Under the pieces are notes generated by a model. It made no database searches and had not been told where the DNA came from. It was given only the letters and a program-made list of their open reading frames with translations. A program made the position numbers and the translations under genes. DNA of 64,000 bases, from positions 930,001-994,000 of the forward strand of contig JANJGN010000052.1 of assembly GCA_026770705.1 (NCBI GenBank), in the 5' to 3' direction. Of the stretch, positions 62,146 to 64,000 are shown one piece after another. The DNA is from Isurus oxyrinchus (taxonomy: Eukaryota). The number at the start of each line of letters is the position of its first letter. The stretch's first letter is position 1.

Positions 62146-62514
62146 CAGAAACGTGAAGCTGGGTTACAGGATAGTAGTTGTAACTATTACTGCTGTCAAA
62201 TTCTATTCTGAAAAAATAAGGTCCTGCATCTTCCCGTCTGATGTTCTTTATAATCAGGGAACAGTCGCCATCTTTCAGGTCTCCAGACAGCCGGGTCCGA
62301 TGGCGGAACCGTGGTAACTCGTGACTGTGATCCTTGGAGTGAAAGGCAATAGGAGCCCAGGGAATCTGTTTCTCATTATTAAACCAGACTCCACCTCGCG
62401 GTTGGTTTTCCAGACACGATGGATAACTGTAATGACAAGGAATCTGTACACACGAACCTTCCTGCGCTGTCACCTCTCGTGGAGTGTCACCTTTCCACTC
62501 TTGTGAGGGTTCAA
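62146..62514 (-). CDS. Locus S4 Siglec V-set exon with essential Arg (YFFRIE); leader not found in window
   Basis: ccccag/gtaag; 369 nt, phase 1-1, open. Confidence 0.94.
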
Positions 62515-62579
62515 CTGGGGAGAGAAATCTCAATATTTAACTCTGGATGGTTTGTGGATCCACTAGACTCAACTTTACA

Positions 62580-63400
62580 GATGAGGCTGAATTGGGGGGA
62601 TGGTTAATACTGAGGAGAATGGCAACAAATTATTTTGGCAGGATGAATAGAAAAACAGAATATTATTTAAATGGAGACAGGCTGCAGAATGCAGGACAGA
62701 GGGATCTGGGTGTCCTTGTACATGAATCACAGAAAGTCAGCATTCAGGAACACCACGGAATGAGGAAGGCAAGTGGAATGTTGGCCTTTATTGCAAAGGG
62801 ATGGAGTATAAAAGGAGGGACGTCTTGCAACAGCTGCACAGGGTGAGATTGTATCAGGAGCAGTGTGTACAGTTCTGGTCTCCTTACTTAGGGAGGGATA
62901 GACTCTGCATTGGAGGCAGTTCAGAGGAGGTTCACTGGGCTGATTCCTGGGATTAAAGGGTTTGTCCTGTGAGGAAATGGTGAGCAGGTTGGGCCTGTAT
63001 CCATTGGAGTTTAGAAGAATGAGGGGTGACCTTATTGAAACATATCCGATTCCGAGGGGGCTTGACAGGGTGGATGCTGGGAGGATGTTTGCCCCTCGTG
63101 GGGGAATCTAGAACCAGGGAGCACAGTTTCGGAATGAGGACTCTCCCATTTAAGACTGAGATGAGGAGGAATTTCCTCTCTCAGAGGGGCGCTAGCCTGT
63201 GGAATTCTCTTCCCCAGAGAGCAGTGGAGGCTGGGCCATTGAATAGACTCAAGGCTGAGTGAGGCAGGTTTTTGATCGACAAGGGAGTCAAGGGTTTGGG
63301 GGACAGGCAGGAAAATGGAGTTAAGGCCACAACCAGATCTGCGAGAGTAGGCTCGGGGGGCCGAATGGCCTGCTCAAGTCCCTATTTCTTATGTTCCTAC
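62580..63400 (+). mobile_element. CR1 3' fragment
   Basis: YYLNGDRLQ..QRDLGVLV, FKTEMRRNFLSQR..LWNSLP. Confidence 0.9.
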
Positions 63401-64000
63401 ATTCTTACCTTCTTGAAATATTAAAGCTGCAGAATAAACATGCAAGTGACTGACCTGCTCGACCCACCTTCCATCTGGGGGTCCCATGGGGAGGACCCTT
63501 CCTGAGCCAGATCCACCAGCCAACATGGTCTGGATCTGAGCACAGGAGACACGGGGGGGTGTGACTAACAGGCTCCTTGTGACAGGCCCCGTCTGTCCAA
63601 TGGCTGGCTTTCAGCTGCCAAGGCCAGAGTGGTCCTTGCTAAAACCGGCTCAGGACAGGTCAGGACACCTGTGCAGATCCCCTCCAGCGCTGCAGCCTCT
63701 GTACAAACCCCTCATGCGCTTGTGGAGAGACACAAACAAGGCTGCACATTACCGAGGAGAATCCCCTCTACGGACTAAGGGGCTGACTCATCACCTTAAA
63801 CTCAGCAAATGAGGAGGCTCTCACTCGGTATCGGGACTTGGCATTCACTCAATAAAAATAATCAAATGACATTTTGGTCAGAAATCTAAGGAGGTTGTAC
63901 ATTCCCTCAAAAATAAGACTCAAGCTGGGGTCGAGGGTCAAAGGGCAACAACTTATATTTACACAACAACTTGAACATGACAAATCACCCCAAGGTGCTA

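Noticed and set aside
54006-62514. Assigning the symbol MAG or CD22
   Set aside because: There is motif-level similarity only. Multiple diverged paralogs and different tails mean orthology cannot be established without a phylogeny.

Overview
Eukaryotic, repeat-rich vertebrate DNA. The repeat complement (CR1/L2 LINEs, Penelope GIY-YIG fragments, a 33-bp CAGTACTGAGGGAGTGCTGCACTGT satellite) suggests a cartilaginous fish, but this is inference and the species is not determined. There are several N gaps. The window holds a tandem, minus-strand cluster of four Siglec/MAG/CD22-like Ig receptor loci, reconstructed by hand from GT-AG sites and exon phases. The labels S1-S4 are mine. S1 (leader 7646-7685, V 1984-2361, continues off the left edge) has lost the sialic-acid-binding Arg. 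S2 (14426-10832) is a damaged copy ending in an intact transmembrane exon with an intramembrane Arg and a short Tyr-free tail (activating type). S3 (33716-18965) has a divergent Arg-less, aromatic-rich V domain, four C2 domains, a TM and a tail with three YxN motifs. S4 (62514-47091, leader not found in the window) has an Arg-containing V, three C2 domains, one TM and two tandem two-exon tails, one with an intact ITIM+ITSM and one with a broken ITIM. Together these look like a paired-receptor Siglec system with three signalling outputs built on shared, homogenised ectodomain exons. The TM exons and the last S3 tail exon are not visible in the ORF track. No RNA genes or CRISPR arrays were found.
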